Source of the DNA: an uncultured Anaerolineales bacterium
GTDB lineage: Bacteria > Chloroflexota > Anaerolineae > B4-G1
DNA: 64,000 nucleotides
Assembly (NCBI GenBank): GCA_964393895.1
Contig: CAYMWP010000003.1
Location: 18,351 to 82,350, forward strand
Reading direction: 5' to 3'
The notes under the pieces were generated by a model that saw only the letters and a list, made by a program, of their open reading frames with translations, did not search any database and had not been told where the DNA came from. This document shows, in pieces, positions 43,030-51,930 of this stretch; the stretch's first letter is position 1; every line of letters starts with the position of its first letter. The position numbers and the translations under genes are program-made.

Positions 43030-45127
43030 TATCACGGAGGACACGCTGGATGGCTTGCAGCAGCGGCCCTTTTTGCTCGCGGCCGTTCTCGCCTAGCTCG
43101 CTCAACCCCAGGTAGACCCGGCGGCGGCAGCGGCGGACGAGGCCCTGGACGAGGCGGTGCAGTGTCTCCTGGCGAGCCTCGTGCTCGGCGGCGTCAGTCC
43201 AGACGTCGCCCCTCGGCCAGCCCCGGCTGAGCACGTAGGGCTGGGTGAGCGGTTGGTACAGCCTCTCCCACCAGCCGCGGCTGCCGACGTCGAGCCAGAA
43301 CTGGACGTCCACCGGACGGTTGCTCATCAGAAAGGTGTAGGCCGGGGCCAGGAGCACCGCGTCCTGGGGGCGGAGCTGCCAACTGTGGATGTATTGGGCG
43401 GCGATGACGCCGTCCTGAACCATCTCGATGTACTCTTGTCCCAGTGGTTTGTCGTCGTCGCACCGCGCCACCCAGCGGAATTTTTGCACCGATTCGATCA
43501 GGTTGAACGCCACCCGTCCGGCATCATAATTGCGGTGGAAGCCGAATCCGGCCTGTGAGAGCACTTCGCCGAACAGGCCGCTCAGGAAATGATCCAGTTC
43601 CGCCGCCAGGCCCGCAGCGTATTCCTCGACCCAGGTGCGCAGCCACTCGTACCGCTCGCCCAACACAAAAGTGAGGCGCTCCTTCATCTCTGGCACGATC
43701 TGGTCGAAGGAGGTCAGCGCGGGACGGCCATCAGTGGGGCGGTAGACGATCTGGGTCAGCAGTTGCGCCCGCACCAGGTCCAGGCCGTCAATCGCCTGCA
43801 TCAGGGCGTAGGCCACGTCAAAGCTGGTGGGGCAGATACCCCAATCCGGGTGGGCGATGGCGGTCAGCGTCAGCAGGCAGCGGGTGGCGGGTTCATCTCG
43901 CAGGGCGCGCGAGGGGCGGTGGGAGCGGGTGGGGACGTCCCGCGCTTCCAACCGGTTGGTCAGCGCAAAGCGCAGCGCGTCCGGTAGGAAGGGAGCCAGC
44001 ACGACGATCTCCTGCGGCGGGACGCCTTCGTCCTGCACCAGCTTGGCGATTTCGTCGGTGACCCAGTCGAGCATTTCGGGGTAGTAGCGGTGATAGGCGT
44101 ATGAGAGTGGAGATTGGGGCGACGCCTGATGGGCCGCTTGGGAGATTGGAGAATGTTCTCTGGGCCGGTTCAGGCTGCGGGCCAACTCTGCTCCGAGGGC
44201 CTCCATATCCGGCGAGGTGACGAATGACTTGGTGAAGGCGATCCGCTCGTCGCACAGCTCGCGCAGGGCGTGACCGCTCTCGGTGTCGGCGCCCAGGAAG
44301 CGACGGTAGCCGGCCTCGCGGTCATAGATCAGCAGCGCCGATTGGCAGTGGGGCAGCCAATCCCGCAGCAGGTCGTGGGCCACGGGGGTATCTTCCTCGA
44401 CGTTGTCGGCGATGACGTGGGTGTAGGTCTCCAGCAAATAGTTGCGGCACAGCGGCATGGTCCACAGGTGGTTGCGGAACAGCTCGAGCTGGAGCGAAAA
44501 GTCGAGCAGGTTGTGGGTCAGGCAGTAGCGGCGGAAGAGCGCGGCGCACTCCTGGGCTTCGTCGTAGATGCGGCGCTGGCTCGATTCACCCCCCCATGCT
44601 GCCTTGAGCCGCCGGCCGATCTCGGCGTGGGGAAAGCCGACCACGGCGGCCTTGTTGAGGTTATCCAGAATCTGGCTGTAGAGGCGATTGTGGTCAATAG
44701 TGATGGTCTCAAAATAGCCCTGGTCGAGCAGGGGGCGCACCAGGCGGGCCATATAGTACTGGGCCGTCTCCAAAGTGAGAAAGGTGGGCGGGTCCTCGGG
44801 ATGGCCAAAGCCGCCCTCCTCGACCACCAGCGGCCAGAAGAGATCAACCGTGCGCTGGGCCAGGCCGCCCACGGTCGAGACGGTCACCTCCCCGCCCGCG
44901 CGGACGGTCGCGCGGCGCAGCGCCTCGTAGTAGGGGGAGGCCAGCGTGCGCTGGGGCACGATGACCAGGATGGCATCGGCCGGGACGCCCGCTTCGATCA
45001 GGTGCAGGAGGCGGGCCACGCCGGCGGTGGTTTTGCCGGCGCCGGCTGGCCCTTCGAGGAAGAGCTTGCGCTCGATGGACCGCTCAATGAGAGAGCGCTG
45101 GTGGTCTGTGGGAACAAATTCTGGCAT
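43016..45127 (-). CDS. UvrD/AddB-like helicase-related ATPase (second subunit candidate)
   Basis: Walker A LEGPAGAGKTTAGV and VIADNVEEDTP (DExx-like). Large and divergent. Adjacent to the UvrD-like helicase and the PD-(D/E)XK nuclease. Confidence 0.75.
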   Translation of the reverse strand: MPEFVPTDHQRSLIERSIERKLFLEGPAGAGKTTAGVARLLHLIEAGVPADAILVIVPQRTLASPYYEALRRATVRAGGEVTVSTVGGLAQRTVDLFWPLVVEEGGFGHPEDPPTFLTLETAQYYMARLVRPLLDQGYFETITIDHNRLYSQILDNLNKAAVVGFPHAEIGRRLKAAWGGESSQRRIYDEAQECAALFRRYCLTHNLLDFSLQLELFRNHLWTMPLCRNYLLETYTHVIADNVEEDTPVAHDLLRDWLPHCQSALLIYDREAGYRRFLGADTESGHALRELCDERIAFTKSFVTSPDMEALGAELARSLNRPREHSPISQAAHQASPQSPLSYAYHRYYPEMLDWVTDEIAKLVQDEGVPPQEIVVLAPFLPDALRFALTNRLEARDVPTRSHRPSRALRDEPATRCLLTLTAIAHPDWGICPTSFDVAYALMQAIDGLDLVRAQLLTQIVYRPTDGRPALTSFDQIVPEMKERLTFVLGERYEWLRTWVEEYAAGLAAELDHFLSGLFGEVLSQAGFGFHRNYDAGRVAFNLIESVQKFRWVARCDDDKPLGQEYIEMVQDGVIAAQYIHSWQLRPQDAVLLAPAYTFLMSNRPVDVQFWLDVGSRGWWERLYQPLTQPYVLSRGWPRGDVWTDAAEHEARQETLHRLVQGLVRRCRRRVYLGLSELGENGREQKGPLLQAIQRVLRDNVIA

Positions 45128-45134
45128 ATTTGAC

Positions 45135-45485
45135 TCAACACGTCAAATGGAGCGCGGCGGCGACGGCTCGCTCTTCGCGCAGGCGGTTGTACGTCTCCAC
45201 GGCTTCCTCGGTAGGCAGGGCAACGAGTTCGATGTCGGCGGCCTGGAGCGCCTGCCTGGTTTCCGCCGTCACTCTCATTCGGCTAAAAGTGCCCTGCCCC
45301 ACGACGAGCAGTTCTGGCGCGGCCTCGAATACCGGCCCAAGGTCGCCGGGGTGTAGCCGATGCCCCTCCTGGCGCCACCACCCACCGACCACTCGATCTG
45401 GCAAGATGATGACGTCCAGGGTGTGAGCCTGCCCATCAATGACGATGTGCCCAGAACGGTAGGACTCTATCTGTGGGTTGGACAT
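45135..45485 (-). CDS. Mth938-like (DUF498) domain protein
   Basis: 116 aa. IESYRSGHIVIDGQAHTLDVIILPDRVV...LLVVGQG... resembles the Mth938/NDUFAF3 fold family. Confidence 0.65.
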   Translation of the reverse strand: MSNPQIESYRSGHIVIDGQAHTLDVIILPDRVVGGWWRQEGHRLHPGDLGPVFEAAPELLVVGQGTFSRMRVTAETRQALQAADIELVALPTEEAVETYNRLREERAVAAALHLTC

Positions 45486-45539
45486 ATCCTGTCAAGGGTT
45501 GGTAGTAAGCCACGAAGCGCAGCGGAGTGGCGTCGATCA

Positions 45540-46100
45540 TTACTGCTCGATCTCTCTAATCACCCTGGCCGGATTCCCCGCCACGACCGTATTCGCTGGA
45601 ACGCTGCGGGAGACGACTGCCCCTGCGCCCACCACGGCATTCCGGCCTATCCTCACCCCTGGCAAGGGGACGGCGCTGCCCCCTAACCACACATTGTCCT
45701 CGATCACTATCGGTTTGGCTACTTCCCAGCCCTGGATCCGGGGTTGCGCCTGAAGGAGATGGGCGGCGGTATAGATCTGGACGCCAGGCCCGATCATGAC
45801 ATGGTGGCCAATACGCACCTCATTGCAATCCAGAATGGTGCACAAGTAATTCAAAAAGACGTGATCGCCGATATAAATGTTCTGACCGTAGGCACAGTAG
45901 AAGGGTGGCTCGATGATCGAGTTCTGACCGATTTGTCCCAGCAATTGCTCGAGGATGGCCTGCCGTTCGGGCGCGGCTTTGGTCAGATTGTAGAGGCGGA
46001 GCAATCGCTTGGTCTCTTGGCGTTCGGCTTCCAGGTCGGGATCAAGGCAGTTGTAGGTTTCCCCGGCCAACATTTTCTCTTTTTCGGTTCTTACGAGCAT
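45540..46100 (-). CDS. Maltose/galactoside O-acetyltransferase-like hexapeptide-repeat acetyltransferase
   Basis: N-terminal EKEKMLAGETYNCLDPDL plus left-handed beta-helix hexapeptide repeats (IGDHVFLN, IGHHVMIGPGVQI, IGRNAVVGAGAVV). Confidence 0.85.
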   Translation of the reverse strand: MLVRTEKEKMLAGETYNCLDPDLEAERQETKRLLRLYNLTKAAPERQAILEQLLGQIGQNSIIEPPFYCAYGQNIYIGDHVFLNYLCTILDCNEVRIGHHVMIGPGVQIYTAAHLLQAQPRIQGWEVAKPIVIEDNVWLGGSAVPLPGVRIGRNAVVGAGAVVSRSVPANTVVAGNPARVIREIEQ

Positions 46101-46362
46101 CTCGTGCCTCCTGTTTGACTTTTGCCGCCCAACTGACTAACAGAAGTCCGCTCACTCGCCTATATACGGAAACAACACCCCATCCATAATTATACACAAC
46201 AACGTCTCCCGCACAATTGCCAAAAGCTGCCACATCCCCTCGCACATCGGCTTTGCCGCCATCGCATGTGGACGGGGCCACTCCTCCATAGCATAACAGG
46301 GCCAGACATCACATCCGACCCTGTTGTGCTTGTGCTACGGAAGTTCAACAGACAAGCGTGCC

Positions 46363-46776
46363 CTAACCAGCCTGCGGCAGCCAGTGGATGCGTAGAACCT
46401 TCTCCAGCAGGTGGAACTCGGGGTCGCCGGTTACCAACGCGGCGTCGGTCTGCATTGCCAGAGCGGCGGCAAAGGCATCGGCGTAGGCCAACGGGTGAGT
46501 CGCCTTGATGCGGGCCGCTGCCAGCGCCAATGCTCGCTCCACCGGGACCATTTCAATGGTCGTTGCCTCCAGTGTCCCCAACACCTGATGCAGCCGCGTC
46601 TGTCCCCAGCGGTGTTCCACTATGTAGGCTACTTCTCCCACGTTGACCCAGGTCATCAGAAGGCGCGCGTCACCGCTCTGCGCCTGCCTTAGGAGGCGGG
46701 CCACATCTTCCCCGCCCGGCTCGCTGCCAAGCAGAGCGAGAAGAGCAAAGCTATCCAAGACCCAGGTATCACTCAT
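46363..46776 (-). CDS. vapC: PIN-domain toxin VapC
   Basis: 137 aa with acidic PIN residues (VLDSFALLALL, ...DAFAAALA...TGDPEF). Overlaps the upstream antitoxin gene by 8 nt. Confidence 0.85.
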   Translation of the reverse strand: MSDTWVLDSFALLALLGSEPGGEDVARLLRQAQSGDARLLMTWVNVGEVAYIVEHRWGQTRLHQVLGTLEATTIEMVPVERALALAAARIKATHPLAYADAFAAALAMQTDAALVTGDPEFHLLEKVLRIHWLPQAG

Positions 46777-47017
46777 AGGGGGCTTCCTCTCGCGTTCGCT
46801 CTCGCGCCCGTTCAGCCAGTAGCTCCTCTGTCAGCGACGGCCCGCCCTTCAACATCCCATGCAGCATCTCCACCGGGTCTTCGGGCAGCGGCAGCAGAGC
46901 CAGCACGTCGCCGTAATCCACCACCTGCACCTGCATTCCGGTCTTGAGGCCGTATTTCTCCCGCAGAGGCTTGGGAATGACCACCCATCCCTTGGTCGAG
47001 ACCTTTGCTGTGTACAC
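46769..47017 (-). CDS. AbrB/MazE/SpoVT-family antitoxin (VapB-like)
   Basis: YTAKVSTKGWVVIPKPLREKYGLKTGMQVQVVDYG is a swapped-hairpin AbrB motif. GTG 47017 is the likely start; the ORF track extends to 47092. Confidence 0.7.
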   Translation of the reverse strand: MYTAKVSTKGWVVIPKPLREKYGLKTGMQVQVVDYGDVLALLPLPEDPVEMLHGMLKGGPSLTEELLAERARERTREEAPYE

Positions 47018-47196
47018 CTGATCCTCCTCCTGTGGTATGTCAATCGCCTTCAGTATACCACATATCCGTTGCAAGTGCAACAGATGCATCATTGGTATTA
47101 CTGCGCCTCTGGTAAGTTACCCTCAACTGTATAAAGGTGGATCAAGGCGGCATCTCCTGTCAGGCCTCGAAGGTTTCCTCAGACAAACCTCCCCAT

Positions 47197-47340
47197 TCAG
47201 GCAGCCAGTTCCTCCAGCAGCGCGGCGATGTAGCGCGTCTGGGCGCTAAAGTCGGGGATGCGGATGTGCTCGTTGGGGGCGTGGGCGCGCGAGCCGGCGT
47301 AACCCACGCCGGCGGTGACCAACGGCCCTCGCACAAAAAA
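47197..47340 (-). pseudogene. 3' remnant of an M20-family peptidase/deacylase gene
   Basis: Only the C-terminal 45 aa or so look M20-like (GPLVTAGVGYAGSRAHAPNEHIRIPDFSAQTRYIAALLEELAA). The upstream part of the ORF is unrelated. Confidence 0.45.
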
Positions 47341-47574
47341 AGCGGGCTGATACTCCCAAACCTGGTGGTAGTACCTTACCAGTGAAATTCTGGCACATTG
47401 GGCAGGAAAATTCACCACCACGAAGAACAAAGAGCACAAAGGAGGTCTCTTCGTGTACTTGGTGTCCTTTGTGGTTCTGGTTTATCCAGGTTAGGGCATT
47501 ACGCGTAACACGCCGTGTTGTCGGCACAACAACGGCGTGTTTGAATCACCCCAATTTGCGGGCTTGTAAACTCG

Positions 47575-48798
47575 CTAACACATAGAGCGCCAGCGGTCGG
47601 CCAGGCTTTGCGATTGGGTGGCCTGCTGTATCAGCGTTTTGGCCGAGGGCCTGGCCCACGAGGGGGTTGGCGTGTCATAGTCGAACCCCGGCAGGGTCTC
47701 GCGCTCAATCTTGCGGCCCAGCAGGTACTCGATGCGATGGATCAGCGGCTCGTCGTCGGGGGTGGTGAGCGTGATGGCGTCGCCGTCGGCCTCGGCGCGG
47801 GCGGTGCGTCCGATACGGTGCACGTAATCCTCGGGGTGTTCCGGCACGTCATAGTTGATCACGTGCGAGATCCCTTCCACGTCCAACCCTCGCGCGGCGA
47901 TGTTGGTGGCGACCAGGACGCGGTGCTTGCCCGACCTGAACCCCTCCAGCGCGGATATCCGTTCGCGCTGTTTGAAATCCCCGTGAATGCAGGCCACGGC
48001 GACTTTGGCCTGGCGCAAGTGGCGGGTTACGACGTCGGCCCCTTGCTTGGTCCTGGTAAAGACCAGCATACTGTTGACCTCCATCTGCTCAAGTATAGCC
48101 AGGAGCAGTTGAAGCTTGAGGTGCTTGGGTACCGGATAGAGGGCCTGTTGGATCGCCTCGGGAGGCTGGGCCATGTCTATCTCGATATTCACCGGGTCGC
48201 GTTGGAACTGGCGGGCGAGGTCTGCAACCGTCGAAGGTATCGTGGCCGAGTAGAGCATAGTTTGGCGCTGGCGCGGCATGCGATTGATGATCTGTTTGAT
48301 GTCGGGCAGAAAGCCCATGTCCAACATCCGGTCGGCCTCGTCCAACACGAGGACCTCCAAGTCTCCAAAGTTGACGTTCTTGCGGCGCATGTGATCCATC
48401 AGGCGGCCTGGCGTGGCGACGACGACGTCTACGCCCCGGCGCAGCTTGTTGGTCTGTTTTTTCATCCCGGCTCCACCGTATATGGGGGCGACGCGCAGTG
48501 ACGTGCGAGCGGTCAGTTTCCGGGCCTCCCCGGCGATCTGGATAGCCAGCTCGCGGGTCGGCTCCAGGACCACCACTCGGGGGCGACTGGTCTCGGTTTG
48601 ATTCCGCAGCAAACGGTCCAACGCCGGCAGAAGAAAGGCCAACGTTTTGCCGGTGCCAGTCTGGGCGCAACCGACGATGTCGCGTCCCTGCAAACCAGGC
48701 GAGATGGCCTGGGTCTGGATGGGGGTCGTTTCCTCGTACCCCAATCCGCTGATTGCCTCTTGCAAAGGCTTGCTTAAATCTAGTTCTGTGAAACGCAT
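47575..48798 (-). CDS. DEAD-box ATP-dependent RNA helicase
   Basis: Q-motif region FTELDLSKPLQEAISGLGYEETTPIQ, AQTGTGKT, DEAD (VLDEADRMLDMGF), SAT and HRIGRTARA. Start at ATG 48798. Confidence 0.9.
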   Translation of the reverse strand: MRFTELDLSKPLQEAISGLGYEETTPIQTQAISPGLQGRDIVGCAQTGTGKTLAFLLPALDRLLRNQTETSRPRVVVLEPTRELAIQIAGEARKLTARTSLRVAPIYGGAGMKKQTNKLRRGVDVVVATPGRLMDHMRRKNVNFGDLEVLVLDEADRMLDMGFLPDIKQIINRMPRQRQTMLYSATIPSTVADLARQFQRDPVNIEIDMAQPPEAIQQALYPVPKHLKLQLLLAILEQMEVNSMLVFTRTKQGADVVTRHLRQAKVAVACIHGDFKQRERISALEGFRSGKHRVLVATNIAARGLDVEGISHVINYDVPEHPEDYVHRIGRTARAEADGDAITLTTPDDEPLIHRIEYLLGRKIERETLPGFDYDTPTPSWARPSAKTLIQQATQSQSLADRWRSMC

Positions 48799-49028
48799 TA
48801 AACTCCTGTGTTGTGCTACTTGACGTGGGTTTGGGTCATCATAAAAAACCGCCCCGATTGCGCGAATCGGAGCGGTGAAAGATGCCAAACCGATTGTTCT
48901 AACAGTGGCAATTATACCAGCGAACGGGGTTTGTGTCAAATCGCGGTTAGTGCGTGGTTGATTTCAATCGCTAGCCCGATCTCGAGGGAGTGATTTGGGC
49001 AGACGATCTTGGCGCTTCCAGGTCAACG

Positions 49029-50057
49029 TCAACTGGGAGCATCGAAGGCGCTGAATCCCCATCCTCTCACCTCCGCCGCCCGGCTGACGATGACAAAGGC
49101 GTGCGGATCGGCCTGGTGCACGATCTCTCTCAGGTGGCCCGTTTGCACGTCGGTCATGGCGCACAGCAGCACGTCCCGCACCTCGCCGGTGTACATCCCC
49201 GTCCCTTGCAGCGCCGTTACCCCCCGTCCCACTTCCTCCATGAGCCGGGAGGCGACTTTCTTCCCGCGACTGGTGATGATGGTCGCCATCCGCTCTTGGA
49301 GACGGGGCTTGGGCGCCAATGGGCCGGCTGCCCTCTGGAACGTCGTCGCCAGCCGGCGCAACGGCTGTGGCAGAGCCTCCCCCCACGCAGTCGGCATACC
49401 CGCAGCGACTGCCAGTGCTACCAGCGCTCCGTATACCACCCCGACGGCGGCCATCATCCAAGCTCCGGGAATCGCTCCGACGGCGGCTCGCTCGACCGCC
49501 GTGGCCACATCCGGCACTGTCGCCGGGTGGAGGGCCAGTTTGCCTACCCAACTGACGAGCAGCAGAGTGATCAGCCAGATGTAGGTGCGGCGGAATCGCA
49601 GGCCAATTGCCTTCCACTGGGTGAGAGGGAAAGTGGGGCGAAGCAGACTTTCCGCCAAGAGGTCGGCCCAGTCTGCGGAGGGTTGAAAGGGCGGTGCAAG
49701 CATCGCGGCGAGAAATTCGCTTTCCATCAAACGCACCCGGTATGACCAGAGGGCATAGTAGCGGTAGCGGCGGGCCTCGATATACAGGAAAGTGAGCACC
49801 AGCAGAAGCACCAACAGGAGCACAAAGTGAGGGTTCTGCTGCGCGCTGAAGGAAAAGGTAAGCGCGCCACCCACGGTTACTACGGCCCAGTTGGTGGTGG
49901 TGTCCAACCGGGTGCGCCAGGTGGTGGCCCGTTGTATCTCCCCCCGGTAGAAATGGATCATCGCCGTGGCAAAGTCGGCCAGGTCCAATTGGCCGCCTCG
50001 GAAGGTCCACGCGCGGGCACCTTGTTCGTCACTCAATGATTCGGTCTGCTCAGTCAT
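49029..50057 (-). CDS. Membrane protein, DUF2270-like N-terminus fused to a DUF2179 (YitT C-terminal)-like domain
   Basis: Four or so TM helices after FYRGEIQRATTWRTRLDTTTNWAVV. C-terminus GRGVTALQGTGMYTGEVRDVLLCAMTDVQTGHLREIV...FVIVS. Preferred over the overlapping Arg-rich ORF at 48964-50010. Confidence 0.65.
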   Translation of the reverse strand: MTEQTESLSDEQGARAWTFRGGQLDLADFATAMIHFYRGEIQRATTWRTRLDTTTNWAVVTVGGALTFSFSAQQNPHFVLLLVLLLVLTFLYIEARRYRYYALWSYRVRLMESEFLAAMLAPPFQPSADWADLLAESLLRPTFPLTQWKAIGLRFRRTYIWLITLLLVSWVGKLALHPATVPDVATAVERAAVGAIPGAWMMAAVGVVYGALVALAVAAGMPTAWGEALPQPLRRLATTFQRAAGPLAPKPRLQERMATIITSRGKKVASRLMEEVGRGVTALQGTGMYTGEVRDVLLCAMTDVQTGHLREIVHQADPHAFVIVSRAAEVRGWGFSAFDAPS

Positions 50058-50116
50058 TAGTCCTCACCTTCTTCCACTACTCTGGTACGGAGAGGCAAGT
50101 TGCTCGCGCAATCACC

Positions 50117-51802
50117 TTATCTCCCAACCACTATCTCCTTCTGCCGCTCTTTCCTGGCCGTTTCTTTTTCCACAAAGATGCGCTCGCCGCTGAACGGGTC
50201 CGTCTCGGTGTGGTACATCAGGCTGGAATAGGTGGACGGGGTGGGGGTAAAGACCTGCACCTGCTCTGGATTGATCTTTAGCTCGCGGCTGGTGAACCGC
50301 TTCAGCGCTCGCATGTCCTGCTCGGTGCAGCCGGGGTGGGCGGCGATCAGATAGTAGGTGAGGAATTGCTTCTTGCGGGCAGCCTTTGTCAGCCTGTAGA
50401 ACAACTCTTTGAACTTGAGCAGGGCTTTTCCGCCCGGCTTGCCCATCAGCCGCAGGACGCGATCAACCGTGTGCTCGGGGGCCACCTTCATCTGGCCCGA
50501 GACGTGATACCGCACGACCTCCCTCAGGTAGGCGACCCCGTGCTTTCTATCGGCGAGCAGCAGGTCGTAGCGGACGCCCGAGGCCACAAAGACCTTCTTG
50601 ACCCCCTTCACCTTGCGCAGCCGCTTGAGCAGACTGAGCTGCCTGCTGTGGTCGGGGTTCAGTTGCGGGCAAATTTCGGGATAGACACAGCGCCTATCCT
50701 CGCAGCTTCCTTTGGTCAGTTTTTTCTGGCACTCGAACCCGTACATATTGGCCGTCGGGCCGCCCACGTCCTGGATGTATCCTTTGAAATCGGGGTGCGC
50801 GGCCAGCCGCCGCGTCTCTCTCACCACAGAGTCCGCGCTGCGCCACCTCACCGTCCGCCCCTGGTGGACGGCGATGGAGCAAAAGTTGCACTCGCCGTAG
50901 CAGCCCCGGTGTGTGGTGATGGAGAACTTGATCGTCTCCAGCGCCTTGACCGGGCCCAGTCTCTCGTAGAATGGATGCTGGGCGCGTTCAAAGTCCATCT
51001 CGTATACTTGGTCCAGCTCCTGCTGCGTCAGGTAGGGTGCGGGTGGATTCTGGATCAGGTAGCGCGTGTCCTGCTGCTGGCATAATCCCTGGGCGGTAAG
51101 TGGATCGTTGTTGCGGTAGAAAGCGTGAAACATCTCGGCGAAGGCGCGCTTGTCTCGCGCCACCTCTGCGTAGGAGAGAAGCTCGATACAGCCAGGTCTC
51201 TTCTCCGGGGAGATGTAGCAGATGGACCTCAGATCCTCGATCCCCGCTTCCGTTCTCAAACGCTCGGCCAGCTCCACCACGGTCTTTTCCGCCATGCCGT
51301 AGACGAGCACGTCCGCCTTGGCGTCGAACAGAATGGACCGGCGCACGCTATTCGACCAAAAATCATAGTGGGCGATGCGTCGCAGGCTGGCCTCGACGCC
51401 GCCCAGCACGATCGGCTTTGTCTCCTTAAAGTACCTGCGGATCAGGTTGGCATAGGCGATGACGGCGCGATTGGGGCGGCGGTCGTTTCGCCCGCCGGGG
51501 GTGAGGTCGTCCGATCTTTTGCGCTTCTTGGTGGCCGTATAGTTGGCGACCATAGAGTCAATACAGCCGCCGCTGACGCCCCAGAACAGCTCTGGCTCCC
51601 CCAGCCGCCCGATGTCCTTCTCCGAGTGGACGTCGGGCTGGGCGATGATGCCCACCCGGTATCCGGCCTTTAGCAGCACCTGGCCGACGACGGCCACGCC
51701 GACGAAGGGGCTATCCACGTAGCTATCCCCCGTGACGAGGATGACGTCGAGGGTTTGCCAACCTAGTTGGTCTAGTTCCTGTCTCGTGGTGGGGATGAAC
51801 AT
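50117..51802 (-). CDS. ygiQ: YgiQ-family (UPF0313) radical SAM protein
   Basis: MFIPTTRQELDQLGWQTLDVILVTGDSYVDSPF and the radical SAM cluster HRGCYGECNFCSI. Start at ATG 51802. Confidence 0.85.
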   Translation of the reverse strand: MFIPTTRQELDQLGWQTLDVILVTGDSYVDSPFVGVAVVGQVLLKAGYRVGIIAQPDVHSEKDIGRLGEPELFWGVSGGCIDSMVANYTATKKRKRSDDLTPGGRNDRRPNRAVIAYANLIRRYFKETKPIVLGGVEASLRRIAHYDFWSNSVRRSILFDAKADVLVYGMAEKTVVELAERLRTEAGIEDLRSICYISPEKRPGCIELLSYAEVARDKRAFAEMFHAFYRNNDPLTAQGLCQQQDTRYLIQNPPAPYLTQQELDQVYEMDFERAQHPFYERLGPVKALETIKFSITTHRGCYGECNFCSIAVHQGRTVRWRSADSVVRETRRLAAHPDFKGYIQDVGGPTANMYGFECQKKLTKGSCEDRRCVYPEICPQLNPDHSRQLSLLKRLRKVKGVKKVFVASGVRYDLLLADRKHGVAYLREVVRYHVSGQMKVAPEHTVDRVLRLMGKPGGKALLKFKELFYRLTKAARKKQFLTYYLIAAHPGCTEQDMRALKRFTSRELKINPEQVQVFTPTPSTYSSLMYHTETDPFSGERIFVEKETARKERQKEIVVGR

Positions 51803-51930
51803 CTTGATCCTGCGTAACTGCTCAGCTTGGTAGCTGTTTAGACCTCCGAGGTCTGACTGAGCAGTTACCACTGTTCTTGGCATTTTTTATCACAAATGGC
51901 GCGAAATAAGAACGCCCTCCACGGTTCACT

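Noticed and set aside
47507-47541. The hairpin AACACGCCGTGTTGT-cggc-ACAACAACGGCGTGTT downstream of the DEAD-box helicase gene, considered as an intrinsic terminator.
   Set aside because: The stem is good (one indel) but no T/U run follows in the transcribed orientation. It is kept only as a possible structure.
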